From the NCBI GenBank assembly GCA_002633005.1, contig NMRA01000296.1, positions 1-64,000 on the forward strand: 64,000 nt of DNA, given 5' to 3'. The position numbers and the translations under genes are program-made. Below the pieces are notes generated by a model. It searched no databases. It saw only the letters and a list, made by a program, of their open reading frames with translations, and was not told where the DNA came from. The stretch is from Phoronis australis (taxonomy: Eukaryota; Animalia; Phoronida). This document shows positions 26,303 to 38,544 of this stretch, piece after piece (the stretch's first letter is position 1; the number at the start of each line of letters is the position of its first letter).

Positions 26303-27534
26303 TGTTAATTATTTACTCCACGGTAGTGCTAACGGGCGTCGGCCTGTGCACACAAAATCTGTGAGTTAACCGGCACTCACCTTGCACGTTGCAGCCGTTT
26401 AAGTGAAAAACTATCTAGTAAACGCTATTTTCTTGCATAATCTTCCGCCTTTTGTAAGAAAAAGTCTGTCGTCCATGACCCGCACACGCACTCAGTCTCA
26501 TACGCAGACGAATATCAAAACAAACATCACGTGCCAACAACGTGTGTTCATCCAGAGATTTTTCTCGTGCTGTGGGGTACGATGTAGCGCAGATTTGGAC
26601 TTAATCGCAATTAATCTGCACTCCACATGAACTTTAAAAATTGTAAAACATAAGGAAGATTTCAGGTAATTTGTTGAGTCGAAACTACATTTTTATTCAA
26701 GAATTCAAGTTTTCCTATTGACGATCGCGATTCAGCGACGTGTCAGTCGGCAAGTTTTCGCCCTAGGATTTCAGCACAATTTTTTGAAAAAAGATCGTAA
26801 TTTAACAACGGAGTTTGATAGCAATGTACCTTAATTTTTTAGAAAGACTGTCATAGGCTACAAATACATCACAGAGCGTAAATTTGATGAATCCTAGCTT
26901 CCAATTTTACCCGTTTCGGAAACCGGGTTTCAACTGCCTTAGGTACAATAAGCGTCCCCTCCCCGTGAAATGAATTTTTCTATGAGTTTATTAGAGCCAA
27001 TACAGTATACAGCTTTCCACCAAGGCTAGGTGATGCTACGACATTATTCTTTGTTGCATTAGTTAACTGGTCTTGGCTAATTATCATTTTATGGCCTGGT
27101 CATCCATTCAGCCAAAAGTAGTTCCATAGGTGGCTTATCAGCCAATTATTCACGCATGCTGACTCACAATAGAAGCCTGATAAGAGTGAAGGTGGATAAA
27201 GGCGGTGTTCCTACAGTTTCTTGTGGTAGTGCATGTGTTCACGACATGACATTTTACATATCTAAATTTACAGCTTTAACATGCTATCCGACCAAAACGC
27301 ACATCACATTCAGCGTTAGAAAAAGCTCATGTAAACGTTCAACTTAAAGATCCGATGTGCTTTGTTTCATCCACGTGTGAACGCGGTAAAATTAGCAAAG
27401 GGTGTGCATCAGGTGCGCAATTTGCTTAAATACATATACCTGATGTAGAGTTGTTGTAAACTAACATATTGTCACTATCCCCCAGTAAGTTTGGGTTGAG
27501 ATGAACATTTCTTTCCTTTCACCATTAGAATAAC

Positions 27535-27672
27535 CCTGTCGTTCATCCACGTTAGTAGGCCGTCACTGACCAGGTCCGTCTTCTCTGATTTTTCCGTCTC
27601 ATCATGGAGTATTGCTACGTATCTCTCGTTTTCCTCAAGGTTCATCACAACCTCTTTCAGTTCATTTACAAC
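27535..27672 (-). pseudogene. Possible P-element/THAP9-type transposase exon fragment
   Basis: After a ttacag acceptor: VVNELKEVVMNLEENERYVAILHDE...TDLV, resembling the first catalytic DE(M) strand of P-element transposases; short and degenerate. Confidence 0.4.
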
Positions 27673-30600
27673 CTGTAATTGGGCAAACATGATCAGAGAC
27701 GGATTAATTCATTTAATTGTTCTCTAATCTAAAAACGTATGTGGAACCTAGCTGTATTTTGACGATAGTCTTCATACAGATACTGGCTGGCTAGCTGGCT
27801 ACACTGTGTGTTGAGCTCCGTTAGCTCCGAAATTTCGCACAGCCCAGGTAGTTCTGCTCCATTTTCACGAAAGACGTCGTTCTACGGGCTAGTCTGTCAC
27901 ATATGACACATCACATTTACAAAATATCGCGAAAAACGGGTGATTAGGCTGGATTTCGCGAGATCATATCGGTTCGTATCCGCGCCAAATAAACCGCAGA
28001 AAACCGTTTCGTCATTATTGTAATTTGAATGAGTTTTGTAGCAGTTTTTGAAAATGGTAATTAAAATCCTTGCAGATGAGAAAATCCGTATTTGTCGACT
28101 CGTTTACGTATCAAAATAAAGACTTATCTCCCTTGGCATGCATATTCGGAGAATTCCCTGTCAATAGAATCCCCGAGTAGAATCGCGACTAATGCGGACG
28201 ATATTGGAGTACCTGTAGTATTAATTGAAGCAATATTAAAACGAAAAACATCATTGAAACGATTTAGTTATCACTAAGTGAACATAAAAGGTTCACTGTG
28301 CGATTAAAATAAAATTAGCAGAAGAAGCACAGTTGATAGGTCAACTAATTGCTCTTTTGACGTTCCCACACTGAACTGCAATTTGTTTGCTTATTAGCCC
28401 TGTAGTTCACCAAACTTTAGTAGATCTTTGCCGTGCACTAATTACAATACCAGAATAGCAACAGTTTTTGCGAGACATTAGGATGATGATACTGATGATG
28501 AAGAAACTAGTGGTAACGTTTTGTTGTTCTGTTCCAGTGGCAGATCAGGGAACACAGAAGGGGGGAAGCTCAACATGTTGCCTCCGGGAATTGAGCAGAG
28601 CACGGTTGTATGTCTACAGGCGTCCCGAAAGTTGCTGTGGCCCGGAGTATGAACCTTCTGTTCGGGAAATCTATCGACTAAAAATAATTGAAAAAATAAA
28701 AAACGGGAACGAGAGCCAGCCACGATCTGGGGTCTGAGTCCNACATGTATCCCATACATTATGGCTACAGTGAATTCATTCTTATTCATACCAATATGTA
28801 GTGAATGACACATAGTAACAGAAGTGGTAGCCATGTGGACGATTTTCCACTTCTTTCACCATTTTCCAAAGAAGCGGCTTGTCATCCAGGTTCCTTATGG
28901 GAAGTCTGAGCAACCTTTTTCTGAAGTCTTGCAAAGGTCATCCAAAGATGTGCTGATTTTAAACAACAGTTTCTGATCAAATTGTTCGGTTGAATCTTTA
29001 GACATGTTTGACAAGAAAGGGTTGGATTGTTGATAATTCTCAGATACTGAATGCCCATGGTCAACTAACTGTTTCCTCGTGTTGGCTTCTTAGAAACAGA
29101 TGGCGAATCAATCCATTCATGTTTCTGTCGATCTTAAGACTGAGCAATGGGATTGCTTATTTCTGCAGCTGTGTGAGTTTTGAACAAAACGAAATGCCAG
29201 TTAGAGACGGTGTATTCGCCTGGTCAAGACAAGACATTTGCTGTCACTGGTGTGTTCCATCTGGCTAACACTAACAGTCTGACTCTGTGAGCTATAACTA
29301 GTGAACCTGCACTGAAGTTAATGTTGCAACATGTTGATAGCGTCATTCTCAAAACCAGGAAACATTGTATCCGACTTGTTACCAAAGTAGTTAGGTGTGA
29401 TAAGACTGAACTCTGAAGTCGAAGTGCAAGCGGCCACAGTCACAGTGATGTGTCGAAAATCACCAATTTACCTTCAATTCATACCCCTTTTCATTCACTT
29501 TTTATGCAAGTACAACCGTACAGGCTTACATGACTGGCCCCAGTTAGATTCCCCGTTCGGAAATTGATCTGAGGCGGTATTTACAATAGTTGTTCAGTAA
29601 CATTTACATTGATTCAGAAACGCGATAGGCCTACTCACTGCCTATGGTGGCACTGAATAGTTAGGCTGCGGCCGCCGCCAATTTGCACTGCCAAAATATA
29701 GAAATTTTGGGGTAGGCCAAGTTTGGGGGCATTTTGTAGGTGGGCATTGCACGTAGGCTCAGTGAATGTGGTTTGTTTGTATTTGTGAACATGCTGTGAA
29801 TAAAAAAGGCCACTTTCTTGGCTGTAACTGCACTCTTCTTCAAGATGGCGGCCCCCGGCTGCAATTGTGCATTGTTGGGTAGCGACCGAGAAATTGGCTG
29901 TGATTTTAGGTAGCCCTCAAACAAGCAAGAATTGCCAAAAAAATAGTTGGTTGACAGTACTTTTGGACCACATTTTCTGAATCGGTAGGAAATTTGCTTT
30001 CAGACTCTAAGTTTGGTTTTAGTCGTGCATCGGCAGGGAAGTGGTGTTTTTCGGGTGAAAAGTGCCGATTTTGCATTTTTTTGCCCTTATTTTTCTTAGT
30101 CTATCTTGGTTTTCAGTGGGAATGAAATGGTCAAAAATACAAGAAAGAATAAAGTTTCTGTGCTAATCTGCTGGGCTTTTTATGTGAAATAATTGAAAAC
30201 ATGCCATTCTTTGCATCCTGTTTTTGACAGAGTGAAGAAAAGGTGCGAGCCACCATGTTTACAAAAGCGCCATCTACCGAGAAAAAGGATAGAAGTGAAC
30301 TACTTTGTGGCAGGCTAATTTACTCCATATGAGTAAGATAATACACGCAGTGTTGGCTTACGTAGTAAATGAGTTGTGCTCGTCACCTCATCGTGAACAT
30401 GAAGAGCTAACGACCGGTGGGGTGCATGCAAAATCTGGAAGTCAAGTCAAGGGGCACTCATCTTGCCCTTTACTGCCGATTAAATGAAAAACAAATAAAC
30501 GTCATTTTCTTATAACAATAAGGAGTATGCCGTCATTTTGAAAACAGTACGCTCGTGTCACGTGCACGCCCCATTTCCTCATTTTGCGACATCTCTCGGG

Positions 30601-33600
30601 AAATCATAGCAACTTCGCAGCAGCAAAGTTTCGGTTTACTGGTAGCCTATTAAAATAAAAAATACTCAACTTGTTACAAAATGAAACCAGTTCGGATGAT
30701 TTGTTGTCCCATGTACGCAACCTCGTGGAAGAACGGTTGATTGAAGAATCGGGGAAATAAAGAAACTGGCCAATAGGTGACGCAATATTTCATGTCGCCA
30801 AAAGCCGGCACAAAAGGCCACTCCATAACTTTGAGTAGCAGAATAACGGTAGAACGCCAATTTTTTCCAACACCAGTAAATAATTTATTTTACTTAAAGA
30901 AAGAGTCCAGTTTTTAATGAAACATTTTGCGTCAGGTTTGATTTGGCCAGTTTTTTATCCATATCGGCGCAAAGCTGTACATGCCCCATTTAGTATACAG
31001 CTTTGCACCAAGCCAATGCTGCTATACTTGGCCCAAACAAAGCCCCTCTGAAACATGTATCCTCGAAATGGCTAGAACAAATAAATGGAATCTTCCTGTT
31101 AAAAAATGACTTGTTTGTCGATGCATTTGACTAGCTATGCTCCTAAAGTTTGTCCCTAAGTCAACAAACAATTCAATTATTGTCATTTGAATTGTAAAAA
31201 CATTTTGCGACACTTTGTAGAGTTGTCCGACATTCATTAACATCCTTGGGACTTATTTCAGATAAGCAAAGTTCGTTTAGTGTTCTTTGCTGTTTGGGGA
31301 TCGGATGATAGATCACATTTTCCCAGAATGTCAACCTGCATTTACAATGCATATATAAGTTCACAGAAGCATAGCCATTTCTTACAAGAATTGTCAAAAG
31401 TCTTCTGTTAATTAGTCGATTTTCGTAGATGCATAAACGTGTAAATCAGAAACCAATAAATTTTTTGTTTATCAAAACAGAATAAGCAATTCCCTAAGAC
31501 GTGCTCGGAGACTCTCGATGGACAATTGGAGAGAACATGGGAGACGTGGCATCACACAGGGTTTGGGGATCCCTAATAAGTTTCAGAACTTATTCATGCT
31601 CACGTGTATTTTTGCTCATTACGTACGGTTCACGAGTTAAACTCCAAAATAGCGCTTAAATCTTTGTTAATGATTGCCAATACTTCGAGAACCATCGTTT
31701 CACATGTACACGTTTATCAAAAATCGTACCCCCGCCAGCCTTTCCCACATGTGCGAATTCCTTACAAAGAACTCCTATGTAGTAACGATCTTCAAAACGA
31801 ATACAATTCTTGTTACACTATGCGGAAAATTTACTGTAAACACTATTTTATAAAGACATTAGAAATAGTCCTTTGAGTAATTCACAAATAGTGGTCTTCG
31901 CGTTCTTCAAACTTCCATCCCTTCGATGGCGGTCGATTCTATTGTCTTTCAAATTTTTTAGTTATTTGGACCGAATGCTTGAAATTTGATACTGCTGTGG
32001 TGTTGACGATTGTTTTGTATTTTTTGATGAATTTGGAATTCCAGCTCATTCTTTCGTGAATACGATTTTTGGCAGTGTCGGATTTACATGTATAGACGAA
32101 CAAAGAGAAAATTCCCCCAAACAGCCCCACCAAGAGAGGGCCCCTTCTGAAAGGGGGGCCCTTAAGATAAAAGGCTAAATATCAATAAGCATGGAAAGAG
32201 TGACAGTTAATTCCATCGTCGTGCGACCCTGCAAGAAGTGACCTTCCTCTACATGACTGAAAGATTGTACGATTTCCAATATTGGTACCTTTATAGCCTA
32301 AGTGACCCACCCCTTAAAGATTTATCAATAAAAGCACACGGAAAGGGTGAACACTTGAACGCCATCAACGGTCCCTCTCCGAGGGCTGGGCCCCTAAATG
32401 TGAATAGATCTTTTTGTATACTTTCAGAAAACAAAAAATGCTCAGCAACTGATGCTATCTGTCAGGCCATTTATTTTACTCAAGTGATATACAATTTCGA
32501 GAAAAGAGCGGAAAAATAGAGCTACAGTTGTCTCCGGAATCCCTTGCCAGAGTGGGGCCTCTGGAAAAATATAGTTTGGGATTTGGCAAAATTGTCTTTA
32601 TTACTTATGGGTAATGAAAATAAAGTTTTAAATTGGATACTTTTGCAATTAAAACATTTTATTTACCTATCCAGGTGAAAAAAATAATCCCCAGTTTCTG
32701 TCAGTTCCTTAAGATATTAGAAAGAGAATTTTATATTCAAAGAAGGATTTTATTAAATAATGGTAATTTAGATGAATACCATGCAACCTGGAGAAACTGG
32801 TTAACCATAACTTTTACCTGACAACATCCTACTAAAAGTAAGTTGGGGGGCGGGTGCGTGTGGCGTGTATGTTAAGGGTGAGAATGGCTTGATTTTTTTC
32901 TTACATATCTGTATTTCTGTTCTGTATACCAATAAAAAAAGAAAAAAAAATGTCTTTATTGAATTCAAAGCGAACCTTGTGAATTCAATACGCTCCACAA
33001 AAGTTGCACTTCACGAATGTTCTCGATGCTTTTCGAAATACATGCCTGTATAAATTACTAAGCGCACGTTTTCAAGTGCGTTTAGGTGACCTATTCCTCA
33101 AAAGGTGCCCCAGCCTAACAACAATGTCCTGGCCGGGGCCCTCAAAGGTTACTTGTTAAATGTTCTCTTGAATTTTCTCTCTTCTATCTCCTTGCTTTGA
33201 TGTTTTTCTTTTCTCGACTGCCCCTGACCTCACGCCTATGTCGGTTGCCACGGCTGTTTAACCCTGGCGCCTGCAAATTTTAGTAGGGGGAGGGCACACT
33301 TTTCCTACGGCCCTGCATAGTAAATTACATATATTCACACCTCAGGGATGCTAGCTATATGATATTGCCTGGTGCATGTAAGTAACTACGCAGGGCACTC
33401 AACTAAGTTACCGAATAGAAATGAAATCTCAGTGGAGAATGGTACGTCGTTGTTTCGAGTGATGCTCAGAAAATTAAATATTGGGCTAGATGATACACAT
33501 TAATCAAATCCGACGTTACGCCAATCAATAGTTTCGAAATGCCCAGTTGTGTTACATGGCATGTTTTTATTTCGACCATTGGACGGGGTCAAGGTCAGGG

Positions 33601-33943
33601 TCACAAGAATTATTCTTGCACGCAATGAGACTCAGTGTCGAAAGGGTCACGTTTTGTTATTATTTGATCGAATCTAGGTCAATCTTCAGCACGTAGTTAT
33701 TGAATAAAACTCAATCAAATTTGCCGTGTCATTCACTCGCGCAGTTGTTCAACGCTTTTAAATTCAGTTGTGGGTGTCATTGGACAGCTCAGTAGGGAAG
33801 CGTTGACGCGAGATAGTTACCACTCTGAACCAGACATCTTGAACGGTGAAGCCACGGTTACTCAAGCGGTTTATTGAACCCCGGCTGCTACTCTGTGCAT
33901 CTGAGACGCCTTTATAGACGAACCGTCGATCATTGAAACGAAA

Positions 33944-34423
33944 ATGTGTTTCAAGGCAACCTGCGACAAATGTAAGAAGACTACATGGAAAGGTGCAGTA
34001 ATTTATTTTGAATCTGGGTAGATAAACAAGTAACTGCTTGAGAGGTCCCCTGTCTCACTGCTACCTCTCAGTGCGTGCTAGCCGTCACAGTCAAGGGCTG
34101 TCTGTACGTACCGTTAGTTTGTTTCGTCAGATACTAAGCCAAAAACTTCAGTTGACACCTGACAATTTCCCTTTTCTCGTGAGAAACTGAAAAAATTGCA
34201 GTGATAAAGATTTGATTATGGCTATGAAATGTGGCCCTTCAGGGGCCAGTCATTAGGGGGAATGCAACTGCGAAAATTTCCGTTTTTTTACTAGATGAGA
34301 CTACTGTTACAGTGTTAACTGATTATTGGTTCCCCGTATATTCTAGGCTGTGGCCAACACGTAGACCAAGTGATGAAAGATATCCCAGTCGATCAGAGGT
34401 GCAAGTGTTCAAAAGAAAAATAG
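33944..34423 (+). CDS. 41-aa Cys/His-rich microprotein, 2 coding exons (33944-33992, 34347-34423)
   Basis: aaaATG start; phase-1 GT-AG intron joins in frame: MCFKATCDKCKKTTWKGCGQHVDQVMKDIPVDQRCKCSKEK*; matches from memory an uncharacterised CxxCxKxTWxGCGxH...CxC family. Confidence 0.88.
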
Positions 34424-37400
34424 GTAATTAAATCTAGGTCGTTATAAGACCAACGAGACCGAAGTCGACGGAACGCGACACTTTTTACTCTGGGAATTTC
34501 AGCTGTTGTTACCATGCATGGTAAAGACGATATCCTGATCTGTCATGGGGGGTTTCATTGGCTCGTCGTGTTCTCACGTCCTAGTCTTTCTTTTTACTAT
34601 TCACACGTTTTTTCAGATACTCGTCCGTTATCAAGTTTATAGCAAAAATATGTAAAGCATGCCAATATCATAAAATCATCTGTGTTGTAAGGTAACACTG
34701 ACAATAGGGGTTCGGATCTTTCCAAACATGGCTCATAAGTTAGAATACACGTGGGCAGAACGCTGTCGCAACTGCCGTTCGGCTACCCTTGAAATTTTAT
34801 GATCGAAGTCATCAACTTCGGATAAAAATCCAGGCCATCGAACGGTCTCCCGTTTTTATATTCTGGATCCTACAGTGTAGTGTTCCAAGTACGGTAAAGC
34901 TTCTTCAAATTAGAACACAGTGTGGCGGAACAGTAAAATTTTATGCTATCAAAATTTTCAACAAGAGTAAATAAGAAAAATTTACTTGCTTATTCGCAAA
35001 TTTTATTAGTAGGGCCTACTACTGTCATCAATAAAATTATTTGAACATATTTGGCAATACAGTGAGCGTTTGCAAAACGAAAAATTTATCGGAGTTTAAC
35101 TGACCAACAATTAAACAGCGCAATTAGTTCCTGTCGAAGATCCGTGAAATAGTAGCACACTCGAAAATGACTCCGTTGTACTGATTCTGAAAAGTCGCTT
35201 ATCGCTTTTGGACGACATACATTGACTTAAATGTAAAATAGTAATTTTGAATGATTTTTTTCATTTCAGAGATGGTTTGCCTGTTCTCCTCCCTGAAATT
35301 TTCTTCTTTCTCGGAACCAAGTTGCTCAATTTTCTTGCCACATGGGGTCTCCAACAACCGGCGTAAACTGACGTTGAAGGTCGGACGTCGTATTTTTTGG
35401 TTAGCTTAAAACAAAATTACCGTATGTTTGGATCATACCGTATTCTTTAATTACGCACGTAACGTTGCTGTAAGCAGAAAAAAATAGTAAACGGGAATGT
35501 TTGTTAACGAGCAGTGTTTTTTGTATCAAATGATCGTGAATTTTAAGATAGAGTTTGAGAATTCTTGCCACTTTTTGTTTTTCAGTGGCATGATATGCGT
35601 GTAACACATTTATTGATGAAGTGTTTGAATCCTTTATGTTTTTTTCTGTGCGGTAATATTTCAGTCGCTAAAGATCGTCGGCGGAACTAGCACATTTTAA
35701 AGAACAAACCATAGTAATACGAGGGAACGACAACCTTGTCTGAATTTTAACATTATTTATAGATGGACGGAAGTTTGTTGTTAAAAGTTGTTCTGATGTA
35801 GAGATACTCTTTGCATGCGTGCACCTGGGGGGTGGACAAAAAGGTCCGCCTCAGAGAAACGGAAAGTCCGACAAAACGAGACAAAAAGTCCACTAAAAAG
35901 GCGAAAACGCCAATTCACAGCTCTGGACGTGGTACCCCGTTTTTTTTAGCCCTTCGGCTTTTGTGTCGGTAAAAGGGTAAAATGTCCACATCGACGGAAA
36001 TTCGAGCTCCCCCCATATTAAAGGCTGGGTACGCGCGCATGGTTTGTGTGCGCGTCATCTTGTACTTCTCACGAAGCAAAACTTAAATTTAACCAACATT
36101 GTTTAATGTTTCTGTACCAGCATCGCATTCACTTTAGAACGATTTCCACGTTCTGTATCCTGCATGCCCGCATTTGCTTTAGCCAAAGTAAGAACGGAGA
36201 GCCAGTTGTGGACTGTCCGAAATGTGGTGCACGTAGGCTTTGGCGCACAGTGTTTCTATGCACACTCGTGTGATTATTGTATTTATTTCGTTGTTTGTCA
36301 TCTTTATATTTACACTTTTTGTATAAATGCGTCATATCTTTAGCCACACGTTGTTTTACTTTTTCAAACTGGTCAAAGCAGTCAGGGGCTGAATTCCGTA
36401 GACGCAGAACACACTCCGAACGAAAAAGCGAGATCACGCGAGTCTGCAAGATATCACCAAGCATTATAAGCAAAGCACGTGACCACACCAGCTTTACTCG
36501 CGAGTTTCTTGCGTTTAGGGAACACAATCCTGTACTGTAACGACGAAAACTGCCAACATTTTACTCGAAATCAAAAATCTGTCATTTTCGTTCTGCTTAC
36601 ATACGAACTCAAAATAATTGTCTATAAATCTGGTTTACATCCTAATTTGCGTGGATGATTGTGTTATCCCATTTTGTACATTGTGACCACAGCATTAAAG
36701 TCTGGGCCACAAATTTTGTAACAACGACTTGCGCTTCGAGCCACAACGCGGGTGCACCTCAACACGCTCTGTACGCAGGTCTGATGGTTGCTTGGCCCTA
36801 TATACACACCAGCCTCTTGATCTGAAGACCGGTAAACATATTGACACCTGTCAATCGTGCAGATAGCACTCGATAGCTTTTTCTGGTTGGGCTTGAAAAA
36901 CCTGGTGCACATAGTTCCACCTTTCGGTTCAGTCTACAAGGTGTATGAAACCTGGAAACACGAAGGTTTCAACATCTTTGCATAAGCTCAATAAAACTTA
37001 TTTCAATGTGAAATTTTCGATCTTTTATGACTGTGGCTTCCGCCAAAACAGTGCAAAATAACAACAGTAGGTTTATTTAGAGCGTTCTCTTTTGAAGTCA
37101 GCCTCTATACCGGGTCTATAGCTTCGATAAATGATGAAAGACACAAATTGCAATAAACACATACACATGAATGCAACTTACTTATAAGGTGAATACCTAC
37201 ACAGTTTATCCCAAAGGTTATTTGACCTCCGAATCACGCGTCAAATTGCTTTTCCCGCCTACCAGCGAACGCGGTGTACCCCAGCAAAGCACCGGAGCTA
37301 GATCGATCAACATGCAATTTGTTTGACCACCAGTCAAAATTATTTCACTCAAGATTACTGTTGGAGAACACCTCATTGCAGCGACAAAAAATGCACAGAA

Positions 37401-37974
37401 ATGTCCACTGGACCTCTTGGACTTATCTGCGGAATGCCCACCTGGACCACTTGCACACGTACGAACATATGAAATCATACCACAATGTTGGAAGTGGTTT
37501 TCCATCAATACTTTAGTCAAACACTTAGTCTTGATAATCGCTCAGTTTTCGCACATAAAGAAAGTAAATCATTGGTAGGCTGGAAATCACAAGCGTTCTA
37601 AACAAATAGAGTCCACGCAAAATTTCGAGAATAATTCCAACTTCACTGCGTCAAGAGGATTTAGAAGCTGTGTTTCACGATTCAGTCAAGAGGAGGTCCA
37701 GTAGCGAAGATGACCTTTGCCGCCATGGAGAACTATGGGCTTTCTTGTTTTTCAACATGATGGCAATTATTCCCGCTGGGTTTGAGCAGATCACGAATAA
37801 CTTTTGAAAGGTAAGGCTTTTGAGAATTTTTACTGAATAAAATGTTAATTCCATAATAAAGACATGAAGTGTACACGGAGAAGTGTTGCTCGTCTCGATT
37901 GGTATGATCCATAATTTCTACTAGTAACTGAGTAATGGAATTTATGCGATAGAGGTTTTTAAAGCTTCTGTTAA

Positions 37975-38320
37975 AAGGATACCAAACCCGGTGTACACCT
38001 ATTAACATTATACTAAAACGACTTCCACATCCATTTCTCTGAAACAGGCTCTGTAACCCTCCATAAATCTCAAAGGTTTGGAGGAAAATTGAAAACTCCT
38101 TTCAAAGTGCAAGCGTGACCTACGTTTTTTGCGAATTCCACGGCAACTGTGGCGAAAGACCACCAAACCCATAATGTCCAGTCTGTGACACAGGGAGTAA
38201 GAGTTTTCAGTTGATTCATGCCGTTAACTCCTTGGAAAGTTGACGCCACTGATGCATTAACAGGTGACAGAACCGTGACAAGGATTACTTGAAATCACCA
38301 GAACAGGGTTTAGTACCCTT
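37975..38320. mobile_element. ~350 bp TTAA-site MITE (Kolobok-type), copy B, ~220 bp upstream of the Nramp ATG
   Basis: TTAA|AAGGATACCAAACCC...GGGTTTAGTACCCTT|TTAA; reverse orientation to copies A and C. Confidence 0.85.
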
Positions 38321-38544
38321 TTAAGCAAGTTGAAGAAGAACATATGGTCTCTTGATATCAGTTATTGTTGAAAAAATAAAGTTTGAAAAAGTACTGGTCA
38401 TTTACCAACGTGAGTGTATCAAATAGTTGACTGGTGTAAAGAAACGATAGATTTTAGAGTTTATGTTAGTTGCGTACGTATCGCTACGCCTGGGTGTGAG
38501 CTTTATTTTTATATTTACACTTTTCTGTCACTAATAGTTCTACA

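Noticed and set aside
36664-37520. Cys-containing ORFs between the microprotein and Nramp genes
   Set aside because: No recognisable motif and no consistent splice model in any frame
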